Part shown: positions 42,085 to 55,900 of the stretch, in pieces
Position numbering within the stretch: position 1 is the stretch's first letter
Layout: every line of letters begins with the position of its first letter
Assembly (NCBI GenBank): GCA_964016885.1
Contig: OZ024741.1
Span: 115,878,001-115,942,000 of the forward strand
Origin: Eledone cirrhosa
Taxonomy: Eukaryota
DNA length: 64,000 nt
Direction: 5' to 3'
The notes under the pieces: model-generated
Seen by the model: only the letters and a program-made list of their open reading frames with translations
Told to the model about the DNA's origin: nothing
Database searches by the model: none
Made by a program: the position numbers and the translations under genes

Positions 42085-44017
42085 TTCTGAGCGCTGCGAA
42101 AGGCCAATTACTTCAGCCGAGATTCAGGATGCCCTTGTCGGCTGCATGAGGCGCAAGTCACCCGGTTTGGATAGTCTGCCCTACGAGCTTTACGTAAATA
42201 TGCCAGACTTGTTCTCCGATCTCCTCGAAGCGCTCTACTGCAAATGGCTGCAGAATGGGAGTATTCTCAGTTCTGTGAGAGGGGGAGTGGTGACGTTGAT
42301 AAGGAAAGACGAGAACAAGAGGGATACATTAGACAACTTCAGGCCCATAACTCTGCTCAACACAGAGTAAAGATTTTGGCCAAGGTGTTAGCAAAGAGAT
42401 TGGTGCTTGTCGTCGAGGATTTGGTTGGGGAGGCGCAAATTTGCGCAATCACAACCAGGTCCATACATGACAACCTCCACTTCAATCGAAAGCATTCGAT
42501 AGGGGCGACCATCCGTATCTGGAGGCTGTCCTCAAAGCAGCTAGCTTCGGCCCTATCTTCAGAAGCTGATTCGCTGCAATGCACAGCGGTATCTGCTCGG
42601 TGTTCAAGGCTAATGGCCACCTCTCAGAACCGTTTCGGGTCTCCCGATCGGTCCGTCAAGAGTGTTCTATCCCTTTCCTTCTGTACGTATTGACTCTCGA
42701 ACCTTTACGGCGGAAGCTGGAGCTGTCGCAGGGCATCCGCTCGAACCGGTTCGCGGAAAGGCTGTGTCGGCTTATGCGGACGACATCACCGTGATTATGT
42801 TGGACACCACGGCAATCGAGGTGGTCGGCACCATATTGAAGGAATATAAAAGGTTGACAGGAGCCAAACTTAACCCGGAAAAGCTCGGCACATGGAGAGG
42901 CAAGTCCATGCCGTCCAACAGCGTCGTGGAGCTCTATACGGACGGACCGGTAAAGTTGCTCGGGGTTTGGTTCGGACCAGACCTACAGGTGGAAAAGAAT
43001 TGGGACGACATAACGAGCAGGGTAGCCAGTCTGACCCAAAAATGGCCTGGGAGGGAGCTATCACTGAAAGGTCGCGTGGAGGTGGCGAATGCGTACATCG
43101 CGTCCGTCATCTGCTACCGCCTGACCGTCGTGCCTTGTCCCCGTCCGCGCCTCGTCAACGGAGAGGCTTTGGGCTTCGACGATGTCGAACTGACCAGTCT
43201 GTTCCGGGGGACTTTCGAGCCGGGGACGATGGTTATCTTCCAGAAATCCCTCACTTGCCAGTGCTACCGGGGGCCACTGCCGGTTCGAGATAAATTCTAC
43301 AGGCACAGAAGTGCTGTCAGACGGACCTGCCAGAGATGCGCACAGAGCGGCGAAACCATTCTGCATGCACTTGTCCAAACACCGTGCATTACTGACTTGT
43401 GGTGTTATGTCGAACAGCTATTGTCGTATCTAGAACGTATCCAGCTATCGGCTGAGTCAGAGAGAAGATCGACCCGCCGTTTTCCTTTGGCCAGGAAGGG
43501 CAGGCAATTTTCCTCTGTCTGGTGGCAATTGCGAAAGAGGTTGTATGGTGGATCAGATTGAAAGGACTGAAGACAGACACATTTCTCTTGGGCCAATCCC
43601 TCATCAACTTCTTCAAGTTTCACCTGCAAAGGAAGGTGAGGGTGGAGAGAGAAATTGCTGCCCCCTAGTACATTTGCTAAAAGATGGATAAATGTGGCGA
43701 CAATGGCCCGTGTGAGTGGGCCTACTCTGACCATGCGCCTACAGGCTGGCTTATTTGAGGGGAGAGGAGTGCTCTATGTGCCCTAGAAGCGCAGAGTGGT
43801 TCAGATTGGTGGGGTACCTGAGTCACCCCTGGGTCTCCCCCCCCCCTATTGGGGAATTTATTTTGTTATGCATAATTTATTTTATATATTTTTTATATCT
43901 TCATTGTTAAATTAGTCTTGGCATTGTGCACTTTTACTCGAGCTTATTGTAAACCCCCAATGTCCGTGTTTTTGTATTGTTCCCTACATATCGGCCCTTG
44001 TGGCCAATAAATGAAAT
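42085..44017 (+). mobile_element. 5'-truncated, internally deleted Tx1/L1 LINE (RT to 3' end), related to 8341-12227
   Basis: KSPGLDSLPYE, NFRPITLLN, SAYADDIT, PDLQVEKNW..LSLKGRVEVAN, CQRC..ETILHAL; 3' end cccttgtggccaataaatgaaat. Confidence 0.9.
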
Positions 44018-44075
44018 CATTATTGCTGGCCTTGTGCCTAAAGTAGAAACAATTATTATTATTATTATTATTATT

Positions 44076-45010
44076 CTTTGAGTCTCAGTCATTGATGTTA
44101 GTTAACTGGAAAGTTTGTTGAAATGAATATCAAGCCACTACGTGCAGCCTCAGATATTCAGGACGTATCGGAGGGTTCTTGCTGTTCCCAGCAAGCATGC
44201 CATTTGAAGTGTTCCAAAAAGCGGGGCGGAGCCATACTTCTTTAACCAACTTTGACTTCATGGCAGTTCCAAATCCTTTTTACCTCCCACTTTAAGTCCT
44301 GGTATCGGTTAATTTTCTCCCTCTCCTTCTCTTGCACTCTCGTGTCGAATGGGCAGGCCACATCCACAATCAGGCACGATCTTTTTTCCTTGTCCAAAAC
44401 CACCAGGTCTGGTCTATTGTGTTCCAGTTTCTTGTCCGTCTGTATCCTAAAATCCCACAGCACCTTCACCTGATCGTTTTCTATCACCGACTCCGGCTTA
44501 TGCTCATACCACTTCTCAGAATGTGGTAAATTGTTTACCTTGCATAGGTGCCAGTGGATCACCCTGCCCATCACATCATGTCTCGCCTTTATAGTGAGTC
44601 TGGGCTACGTGTTTACACTCGGATACAATGTGAGCCACAGTCTCCTCTCTCTCTCCACAGATCCTGCACAGTGGGATAGCCTCCTCCTTGTAAATATGGT
44701 GTTTCAACCACTTCGGTTGGAGGGCCTGCTCTTGCTCAACAACTGTCTGATGTTATCTGCCACCTTGAAGATCTCTAGGCTTTTGGTGATTCAAGAATGA
44801 GGCACCATGTCAAATGCCTTTTTGTAGTCTATCCATCTCATGGCAAGACCAGTGTGTCTCCTCTTGCAATTCCTCATTACCATCTTATCAATAAGTAACT
44901 GGTCCTTTGTACCACGGGACTTCTTTCGGCATCCTTTCTGTTCGTCTGGTAACAAGTTGTTTGTGTGGAGGTGATGGCAGATTTCCTCAGACACAATGCT
45001 TGTCAACAGT
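44076..45010 (-). mobile_element. R4/Dong family A, older divergent copy (A1) with several internal deletions
   Basis: A-type 3' UTR, RLE fragment 44242-44574 and RT fragment 44740-45010 juxtaposed. Confidence 0.9.
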
Positions 45011-45049
45011 ATTATTATTATTATTATTATTATTATTGTTATTGTTATT

Positions 45050-46040
45050 CCTTGAATCTCAGTCATTGATGTTGGTTAACTGGAAAGTCCGTTGGATTGA
45101 ATATCAAGCCACTACCTGCAGCCTCAGATATTCAGGACGTATCGGAGGGTTCTTGCTGTTCCAAGCAAGCATGCCTTTTGAAGCGTTCCAAAAAGCGTGA
45201 AGGGGCCGATTTTCTTTAACCATCCCTGGAAACCTTTGGAGATAGTCCCCAGTGCGCCTATGACAATCGGGATCACTTTGACTTCATGGCAGTTCCAAAT
45301 CCTTTTCACCTCCCACTTTAGGTCCTGGTATCGGTTAATTTTCTCCCTCTCCTTCTCCTGCACTCTCGTGTCGAACGGGCAGGCCACATCCACAATCAGG
45401 CACGATCTTTTTTCTTTGTCCACAACCACCAGGTCAGGTCTATTGTGTTCCAGTTTTTTGTCCGTCTGTATCCTAAAATCCCACAGCACCTTCACCTGAC
45501 TGTTCTCCATCACCGCCTCTGGCCTATGCTCATACCATTTCTCAGAATGTGGTAGATTGTTTACTTTGCACAGGTGCCAGTGGATCACCCTGCCCATCAC
45601 ATCGTGTCTCCAGCCCTTATAGTGGGTCTGGGCTAGGTGTTTACACTCGGACACAATGTGAGCCACAGTCTCCTCTCTCTCTCCACAGATCCTGCACAGT
45701 GGGCTAGCCTCCTCCTTGTAGATATGGTGCTTCAACCACTTCGTTTTGAGGGCCAGCTCCTGCGCAGCCATTAGCATTCCTTCTGTAGCCTTTTTGAGGT
45801 CTCCTCTTCTCAACCAGTTCCATGTCTGTGGATCTCTAAATTCAGTTTTCTCAAAGAAGGTACTATGAAGGGATTTTCCCTTAAGGCTGCTCTTCCTCCT
45901 TGATGTTATTTCCTCCTTGGACATCCCCTGGCCTACTGTCCCCTCCTTCAGTACAGTTCTGAGCATTGGCTCCTTACTATAGGTCACGTATTTGTATAGG
46001 TTGATTTTCTCCATCTGAACACAGTCCTCTATGCTGATAA
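45050..46040 (-). mobile_element. R4/Dong family A, 5'-truncated copy (A2)
   Basis: Near-identical to 52991-53981; CCHC, RHD, RPDLVVVD RLE. Confidence 0.95.
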
Positions 46041-46059
46041 CAGTATTATTATTATTATT

Positions 46060-49000
46060 TGCATTTATCTTGCTTTATGTTTCTACGAGTTATCACCAAG
46101 TCACAACCAGTGACCTCAAGAGACAACAAGGTCCGCCATGTTCAAGAAAGAACACACATATTCACACATGCATCCTTAGTGTTTAGACTTGTGATGTACT
46201 TATATTGACAGGATCTTCCTTAGTATATGGGCAGTTCCCATTAGTACTATCGTTTGTATTTCTCCTATACGCGGGTTTCCTGAGATTTGCGATAAGTAAA
46301 CATTAGACCCCTTAGGTATCATCCCTAGAGCGCCTACAACCACTGGTATTGTTTTAGTTCTCAATTTCCAAATTTTTCCAATTTCTATCTCCAGGTCCTT
46401 ATACTTGCTCAATTTTTCAAATGTTTTTATAGATACATTCTTGTCTATTGGAACAGACATATCAATTAGCAGGCATACCCTCCTTTGAAAGTCCTTCAAT
46501 ATTATATCAGGTCTATTTGCATCTATTTTTCGGTCTGTTTGGATGCTAAAGTTCCACAAGATTGAGATGTGATCTTTTTCAAGTATGGGAGGTGGTTGAT
46601 GCTCCCACCAATTCTTTTGATGGGGCAGTTCAAAATGCTTACACAATATCCAATGTATGTATTGTGCAGCTCTGTCATGCCTGTTTAGGTATTCGGTTGG
46701 AGCTATAGGACTGCACATTGAAATTATATGGCCAATGGTCTCTGGTTGTTTTTTACATACACGGCATAATGGGCTGCATTCATTTTTTATTATGTTGGCT
46801 TGGTAATTTTTTATTGGCAGACACTGGTCTTGTGCTGATATAATCAGTCCTTCAGTCTCCGATTTCAGTCCAGAGGATGGCAACCACTGATGGGTTAAAG
46901 TTTTGTCAACATCAGGATTGTTAGCTCGCTCTGGGTATTTTCCATACAGAGGCTTTTCTTGCCATTTCTTGCCAGTTTCTGTAGCAGCTTTTTCTGTGTT
47001 TTCCATTTCAGCAGTAAATGGGACTTCTGAAATTTGTAGTCCATTACTGTATCTTTGTGCATCTTTTGTAATGGAATATGATCTTTTAATGCTTTCGTGT
47101 TTCAAAACGAGTTTGATCATCCAATCATGTGACTCCCTTAGATATGTAGATAATCCAATTGTTGCAGTTTTCAACGCAATGTCTAACTGGATTAACCCAC
47201 GTCCTCCTTCTTTCCTAGGGAGATATATTCTATCTGTATCTGCCTTAGGGTGATGCATTCTGTGCATGGTTAAGAATTCTCGAATTTTTGTATCGAGCCT
47301 ACGGATGTCTTGACATTGTAACTGTAGGTTACTACTGGTATGGCAAGCGTGTTTATGGCATCGATCCTATTCCTTGCATTCAATTCCGTTCTTAAGATTG
47401 CTCTTACTCTGCGGTAACATTCCTTCCTTATCCTTTCCCTCATTGTCGAGTGCTTGATTCCGTCTCCTTCACAAACACCTAGATATTTATAAGTTTCCTC
47501 TTGATCAAGTTCTCTTATCACATTCCCCCGATCAAGATTAATGTCTGAACTCTTCAGCAGATTTCCTCTGGTGAACGTTGCTTTGGCGCATTTATCTAGT
47601 CCAAACTCCATTTTAATGTCATCACTGAACTGCTCCACAGTGGATAATAGCCCTTGCAATTGTTCATCATTTTTCGCAAATAGTTTCAGGTCATCCATGT
47701 AGAACAAGTGATTAATGGTTTTGTCATAGACTTTATATCCATGCTTTGCTTCGTTGAGCATTTTACTTAATGGTATAAGTGCGATGCACAATAAAAGCGG
47801 TGATAAAGAGTCACCCTGAAATAATTCCACAATTAATATTAACTTCTCCAGCTTCCAGTGATTTTGTTTCACTATTCAAAATGAGTGTCGTTCTCCATGT
47901 CTTCATACTGAATGACAAAAACATCCTGACAACGGGGGATATTTTGAAAATCTCTAAACATTTTTCAATCCAACTGTGTGGCAAACCATCGAATGCTTTT
48001 TTTATAATCTATCCAAGCAATTGATAGATTTTTGTGTCTATTATGACAATCTTCCAGTATCATTTTGTTAACCAAAAGCTGATCCTTACAGCCATATGAG
48101 CCTCGTTTACACCCTTTCTGCTCAATGGGAAATAGGTCATTTGTTATCAGGTGGTCATATGTATATTCAGTTAGGACTGATGTTAAAATTTTATACATTG
48201 TGGTCAAGCAAGTTATCGGTCTGTAATTTTTGGGATTGTTTGTCTCATCATTCTTCGGAAGCATGAATGTAATGCCGTTAACTAGCCATGATGGTATCTT
48301 TTCTGGCTCCTTAGCTATTTCATTGTAAAGTTGGGCTAACAGCTCATGAGACTCTGTCAAGGCATTTATCTAAAAATGTTGTATTTTGTCTTTTCCTGGG
48401 GATTTCCATTTGTTGGTTTTTGTTAGCGCCAAACGCAACTGTTCAACTGTTATATTTTCCCATATTTGTTCCTCAAGGTGAGCTGTATCGTTCATTTGTC
48501 TGTCTATCCATGGGCCATGTATATTATGAATTTTTTCTTCGGCCCAGATCTTTTCCCAGAATTCTTGCACTTCCTCCTTGGGTGGTATTGATTTAGCAGT
48601 TATTGTTGACTTACCAATTTTTCTGTAGAAGTTTCTTTGGTTGTTTTTGAACATATTATTGTCCTTATAGAATCTAGATCGTTTTTCAAAGCGCCTTATA
48701 CGAGCAGCTTTGGCCGACACTTTTTGCTTGATTATTTCTATCAGCATGTCTATGTCACTTGTTGATTTTATACTGTACTTTCTTTTCAATTTTCTAAGTT
48801 TAGTTTGTTTAACATGTTCACCTACTTTATAGTTTGTTAAAATTTCTATGTCAGATCGGAGAAGGTTTATTTGGCGATTGATGTTCTCTTGCCAAGTAGA
48901 TTTGTTATGGTAATTCCTTTGTTTTTTCATCTTCACTCCACATAAGTGAGTGGTGACTTTAGCCGATGCATAATAGAGATGATTTAAATCAGTAATGTTT

Positions 49001-50932
49001 AGTTTGTTTGTGATGATAATGTTTTTGATAATTATGTTAGTCTTGTGTATTATCTTTTGGTTCTGTTTGGAGTTCTGGATCTTAGAGAGGGTGTCTCGTT
49101 GCCCCCATGTCAGATTCTTTCATTTTCATCCATTCGAACGTAATTTCATCCTTCAAGTTGGCAAGTTCATTCTTATTCATTTATTTATCATTTACGATCA
49201 CATTGTTTTCATTTGGAGTTTCATCTTGAGCATGCACTCCCTCAACTTTTTCGATCCTTTCTTTAATTTGTTCTGTTGTCAGTGATTCCGCCTCAATCCT
49301 GGGATTCGAAGTGTTACAATTTACCTCGTTTTCACTGACACATGTTTCATTTTCCCTTCGCTGACTTTGTGCTAATATTTTGATCTGATCAATTTCTATA
49401 TCAGTTAGTAACTTTTTTTTTACAATATTTCTTCGTATATTGGCTAGTTTCTTACTATCAATATAGCCTCTGTTTTCGGGATGTTTCTTTTTCCAGTTGA
49501 TATATGTCTGTTCTGTATTCGATGTATTTGATGGGTAGTACATGGCAGTGTAGAAAGCCTCAAGGACTTCTTTATTATCTTCCCTTGACCATTTTTCTCT
49601 CTTTTTCTTTGGATTTCTTGGTGGTGAGCATGGAGGGCCAACAGTAGGAGTATTCCGGTTATGGGAGGTCTCCAGCTCCGAAGTGATGGGAAGGTTTGAA
49701 CCATTAGCTGATTTTTCGAACCCAGTCTGGTTCCTCTCTGAGGGACGTGGCCCTTTTTGACCCGGGTGACGGCCGATCCGGTATGAGATTTTATCATTAG
49801 ACATTTACTTTATTTTGTCGCGTTTTATCCTTATCCGCCAAGGGGTAATCATTTCGTGTTACGACTTCTAGGACGAGTGTCAACCAAGACTAGAGGGGTC
49901 GTCCTCCCCTAGAGACACGGCTATTCCCCGCCGGCCGCCATCCCGGTATTTCTTGGTCACGGGGTTTTCTTTTTTGTTGTTTTTGTTAAATTGTTATTAT
50001 CATGAGTGGTTCCTTAATGTGAGCATTGCGTGGTTTAAGAATGAAATTATTAATAATATAATATACTTTTTGCTGAAGTTGCCTGTTATTGTTGTTGGCT
50101 ATGTCGGTGGTGGTGCTGGGGCTTTTTCTATTGTTGGTGGGGAAGGGGTGGGGCCAGCAGTGCCATAGTCGTTGACGTTTGGCCGGTGGCCGGGTCACTA
50201 AGTCAATCTATTTATATCTTTTGCTAGCCTCTCCCTTGTCTAGTGATACCGCCACCTTCCCCTTTCTTAAGTTAACAGAAGGTAATGGGGGAATAGCGGT
50301 GATAGCAATGAAGGAGTGATGGCGGCGGTGATGGGATAGTGGTGGCAATGATGGATGGAGTGGTGGCGGCGGTGACTATAGTGACGGTGTTGTCGTTACT
50401 GAGTGTTGTTGAATAGACTGTAGTTTTGTTTGATGTGTATCTATGCGTTTGTCGTGTATATTTAATATATGTGTTCACATATTTCCTTAATATTGGAATT
50501 AAACATTTTGTTAAAACTTGAGACAATAATAATAGTAATTATTATTATTATGCTGAGATTGGTGATTGTGGTGGTGAATTGCCGTTATCTGGCTGTTGTA
50601 TTTAGTGTACACAGAGGGGTGATGGGGTAGGTGGTCTATCTATTTCCTGGTGTTGGTGAAATTGCTGATATTTGGCTGTTCTATATAGTGTAGACAGGGG
50701 CGGTTTTCTTCCATTTATAACCATTTTCTTTTTTATATATAAAATGTATAATACAAAATTGAATATTTGAGCGATATAACATTATATTATGGATCCGAAT
50801 TTTTCTGAGACTTGAGTCGGATGCTTTATGTATCATTTGTACTAAGAATTGTTATTTCACAATTGATTTAAATATGTTAAAAATCAAAAACTTACAGGAG
50901 CGATTTCATGACCTTCTATCCAACACGTGCGT
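46060..50932 (-). mobile_element. R4/Dong family B, full-length but frameshifted copy (B1) including 5' leader
   Basis: ORF pieces 49181-49804 (KWSREDNK Myb-like), 48370-48936, 47965-48360 (NYRPITCL), 47270-47872 (FQGDSLSP, FYMDD), 46200-47267 (CCHC, RHD, RPDII). Confidence 0.92.
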
Positions 50933-50940
50933 CTTCTTCC

Positions 50941-51029
<89 letters not shown>

Positions 51030-51030
<1 letters not shown>

Positions 51031-52947
51031 TGCATTTATCTTGCTTTATGTTTATACGAGTCACAACCAGTGACCTCAAGAGACAACAAGGTCCGCCATG
51101 TTCAAGAAAGAACATACATATTCACACATGCATCCTTAGTGTTTAGACTTGTGATGTACTTATATTGACAGGATCTTCCTTAGTATATGGGCAGTTCCCA
51201 TTAGTACTATCTTTTGTATTTCTCCTATACGCGGGTTTCCTGGGATTTGCGATAAGTAGTCGTTAGACCCCTTAGGTATCATTCCCAGAGCGCCTACAAC
51301 CACTGGTATTGTTTTAGTTCTCAATTTCCACATTTTTCCAATTTCTATCTCCAGGTCCTTACACTTGCTCAATTTTTCAAATGTTTTTATAGATACATTC
51401 TTGTCTATTGGAACAGACATATCAATTAGCAGGCATACCCTCCTTTGAAAGTCCTTCAATATTATATCAGGTCTATTTGCATCTATTTTTCGGTCTGTTT
51501 GGATGCTAAAGTTCCACAAGATTGAGATGTGATCTTTTTCAAGTATGGGAGGTGGTTGAGGCTCCCACCAATTCTTTTGATGGGGCAGGTCAAAATGCTT
51601 ACACATTATCCAATGTATGTATTGTGCAGCTCTGTCATGCCTGTTTAGGTATTCGGTTGGAGCTATAGGACTGCACATTGAAATTATATGGTCAATGGTC
51701 TCTGGTTGTTTTTTGCATACACGGCATAATGGGCTGCACCCATTTTTTATTATGTTGGCTTGGTAATTTTTTATTGGCAGACACTGATCTTGTGCGGATA
51801 TAATCAGTCCTTCAGTCTCCGATTTCAGTCCAGAGGATGCCAACCACTGATGGGTTAAAGTTTTGTCAACATCAGGATTGTTAGCTCGCTCTGGGTATTT
51901 TCCATATAGAGGCTTTTCTTGCCATTTCTTAGCCAGTTTCTGTAGCAGTTCTTTCTTTGCAGTTACTTTTACCTGCTTTGCTTTTTCTGTGTTTTCCATT
52001 TCAGCAGTAAATGGGACTTCTGAAATTTGTAGTCCATTACTGTATCTTTGTGCATCTTTTGTAATGGAATATGATCTTTTGGTGCTTTCGTGTTTCAAAA
52101 CGAGTTTGATCATCCAATCATGTGATTCCCTTAGATATGTGGATAATCCAATTGTTGCAGTTTTCAACGCAATGTCTAACTGGATTAACCCACGTCCTCC
52201 TTCTTTCCTAGGGAGATATATTCTATCTATGTCTGCCTTAGGGTGATGCATTCTGTGCATGGTTAAGAATTTTCGGATTTTTGTATCGAGCCTACGGATC
52301 TCTGTGCTTGACCAGTTGATGACATTGTAACTGTAGGTTACTACTGGTATGGCAAGCGTGTTTATGGCATCGATCCTATTCCTTGCATTCAATTCCGTTC
52401 TTAAGATTGCTCTGACTCTGCGGTAACATTCCTTCCTTATCCTTTCCCTCATTGTCGAGTCCTTGATTCCGTCTCCTTCACAAACACCTAGATATTTGTA
52501 AGTTTGTTCTTGATCAAGCTCTCTTATCACGTTCCCCCGATCAAGATTAATGTCTGAACTCTTCAGCAGCTTTCCTCTGGTGAACGTTGCTTTGGCGCAT
52601 TTATCCAGTCTAAACTCCATTTTAATGTCATCACTGAACTGCTTCACAGTGGATAATAGCCCTTGCAATTGTTCATCATTTTTTGCAAATAGTTTCAGGT
52701 CATCCATGTAGAACAGGTGATTAATGGTTTTGTCATAGACTCTATATCCATGTTTTGTTTCATTGAGCATTTTACTTAATGGTATAAGTGCGATGCAGAA
52801 TAAAAGCAGTGATAAAGAGTCACCCTGAAAAATTCCACAATTAATGTTAACTTCTCCAGCTTCCAGTGATTTTGTTTCACTATTCAAAAGGAGTGTCGTT
52901 CTCCATGTCCTCATACTGAATGACAAAAACCTCCTGACAACGGGGGA

Positions 52948-52950
<3 letters not shown>
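51030..52950 (-). mobile_element. R4/Dong family B, 5'-truncated copy (B2) with open frame
   Basis: ORF 51160-52950, RT C-half plus RLE; (ATT)n on both sides. Confidence 0.95.
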
Positions 52951-52978
<28 letters not shown>

Positions 52979-52990
52979 GTTATTGTTATT

Positions 52991-55900
52991 CCTTGAATCT
53001 CAGTCATTGATGTTGGTTAACTGGAAAGTCCGTTGGATTGAATATCAAGCCACTACCTGCAGCCTCAGATATTCAGGACGTATCGGAGGGTTCTTGCTGT
53101 TCCAAGCAAGCATGCCTTTTGAAGCGTTCCAAAAAGCGTGAAGGGGCCGATTTTCTTTAACCATCCCTGGAAACTTTTGGAGATAGTCCCCAGTGCGCCT
53201 ATGACAATCGGGATCACTTTGACTTCATGGCAGTTCCAAATCCTTTTCACCTCCCACTTTAGGTCCTGGTATCGGTTAATTTTCTCCCTCTCCTTCTCTT
53301 GCACTCTCGTGTCGAACGGGCAGGCCACATCCACAATCAGGCACGATCTTTTTTCTTTGTCCACAACCACCAGGTCAGGTCTATTGTGTTCCAGTTTTTT
53401 GTCCGTCTGTATCCTAAAATCCCACAGCACCTTCACCTGATTGTTCTCCATCACCGCCTCTGGCCTATGCTCATACCATTTCTCAGAATGTGGTAGATTG
53501 TTTACTTTGCACAGGTGCCAGTGAATCACCCTGCCCATCACATCGTGTCTCCAGCCCTTATAGTGGGTCTGGGCTAGGTGTTTACACTCGGACACAATGT
53601 GAGCCACAGTCTCCTCTCTCTCTCCACAGATCCTGCACAGTGGGCTAGCCTCCTCCTTGTAGATATGGTGCTTCAACCACTTCGTTTTGAGGGCCTGCTC
53701 CTGCGCAGCCATTAGCATTCCTTCTGTAGCCTTTTTGAGGTCTCCTCTTCTCAACCAGTTCCATGTCTGTGGATCTCTAAATTCAGTTTTCTCAAAGAAG
53801 GTACTATGAAGGGATTTTCCCTTAAGGCTGCTCTTCCTCCTTGATGTTATTTCCTCCTTGGATATCCCCTGGCCTACTGTCCCCTCCTTCAGTACAGCTC
53901 TGAGCATTGGCTCCTTACTATAGGTCAGGTATTTGTATAGGTTGTTTTTCTCCATCTGAACACAGTCCTCTATGCTGATAAGACCTCTTCCACCCTCAGA
54001 TCTCCTTAGGTAGAGTCTATCGACATCACTCCTCTTGTGGAACATGTTGTAGATAGTCAATAGCTTCCTAGTCTTCCTATCCATTTCTTTTTGTTCAGCA
54101 ACATTCCATCTCAGAATTCCCGCACTGTACCTAATAATAGACACAGCTCGGGAATTTACTGCGCTTATGGCATTTCTGCTGTTCAGATGTGACTTCAATA
54201 CGCTCCTTACTCTCCGAATGTATTCAGTTCTTAACAATTCCTTCATTTTTTTGTTCTTTATGCCATCAGCCTCCAGAACGCCCAAATACTTGTATCCTTC
54301 CTCAGAGTCAATTTCCTTTATCATCTCACCTGTTGGTATCTGGATCCCGTTACTTCTGCTCAACCTACCCCTCTTCATCACAATGACTCCACATTTACCA
54401 ATACCAAACTGCATACATATATCACTGCTGAAAATACGGACAGTGTCAACAAGCACATCCAACTCCTTCTCACTTTTCCCGAAGAGCTTAAGATCGTCCA
54501 TGAAGAGGAGGTGATTGATGGTAAGCTCTCCCCTTCCCAACTTGTATCCTGCTCTCACTTTTCGCAGCATAATGGTCAAGGGCATCAGGGCAAGGACAAA
54601 CAACAGAGGGGACAGGCTATCTCCCTGGAAGATACCTCTCTTGATCTTCACGCTTCCCAAGGATACTCCAGTTGATGTCAGCTCTGTCTCCCAGGACCCC
54701 ATACTCCTGCCTAGCAACTGTCTGATGTTATCCGCCACCCTGAAGATCTCCAGGCTTTTGGTGATCCAGGAATGAGGCACCATGTCAAATGCCTTTCTGT
54801 AGTCTATCCATCCCATGGCAAGATCAGTGTGTCTCCTCCTGCAATTCCCCATTACCATCTTATCAATAAGCAACTGGTCCTTTGTACCACGTGACCTCTT
54901 TCGGCATCCTTTCTGTTCGTCCGGTAACAAGTTGTTTGTGTGGAGGTGATGGTAGATTTCCTCAGACACAATGCTCGTCAACAGTTTCCACATTACGGGC
55001 AGACATGTGATAGGTCTATAGTTGGTAGCATCATTACCCTTGATTCGGTCTTTCATTATCAGAACTGTGGTACCTTTTGTCAACCACTCTGGCACCTCAC
55101 CCGACACCAAGCAGTCATTGAACATGGCCGTCAGCTTCGGGTGGAGGGATGTTAAATGTTTAATCCAATACCCCTGCACACCATCTGGGCCTGGTGATTT
55201 CCAGTTGGTTAGTTTTTTGGCTTGCCCCTTAAGAGTTTCAACTGTGATACTCAAATCAGTCTGTTGTCGTGCCTGCTCACCGATCTCCCTCTGTACTGTC
55301 TCAATCCACCCTGCCTGGGCATTGTGTCTAACATCCTGCTCCCATATTCCTCTCCAGAATGTTTTAGTTTGTTCCGCCCCAGGGATCAAGTCGTTGCCTC
55401 TTTCTTTCCCCTGAAGCTGTCCAAACAGCATCTTCTGGTTGTTGTCGAACATGCGGTTCTGTTTATACTGACTGACTCTGTTCTCGTATCGCCTGATTTT
55501 GGCACTCTTTGCTACAATGCGTTGCTTCAATTCCTCTATGATAATATTTAGCTTTTTACTCCTAGTTTTGTATTTTATTTCCAGTCTATTTTTAGTGCCT
55601 ATGTTTTTTAGTGTCCCATTCAGTAGTGACTCAAGCTTTCCTATGTCATTTCTCATTTCCCCGATTTGCCCACTCAGTCGCTTCTTCCACCACGGCTCTG
55701 CTCTTTCTTGTCTGTTGTTTCCTCTCGCTTTTATACCAAGTAGTTTCCTCACCGTATTTGCTGTTGCTTTGAGGATATTGTTGCACTGGTGAAGGCTCCT
55801 CGCCTCAAGGTATGGGATGACTTTGTTTACCTTAGCTGTTGTTTCTTTTAACTTTTTCCTGTCTACAAATCTTAGGTTCATAGGTCTCCCACTATCATTG

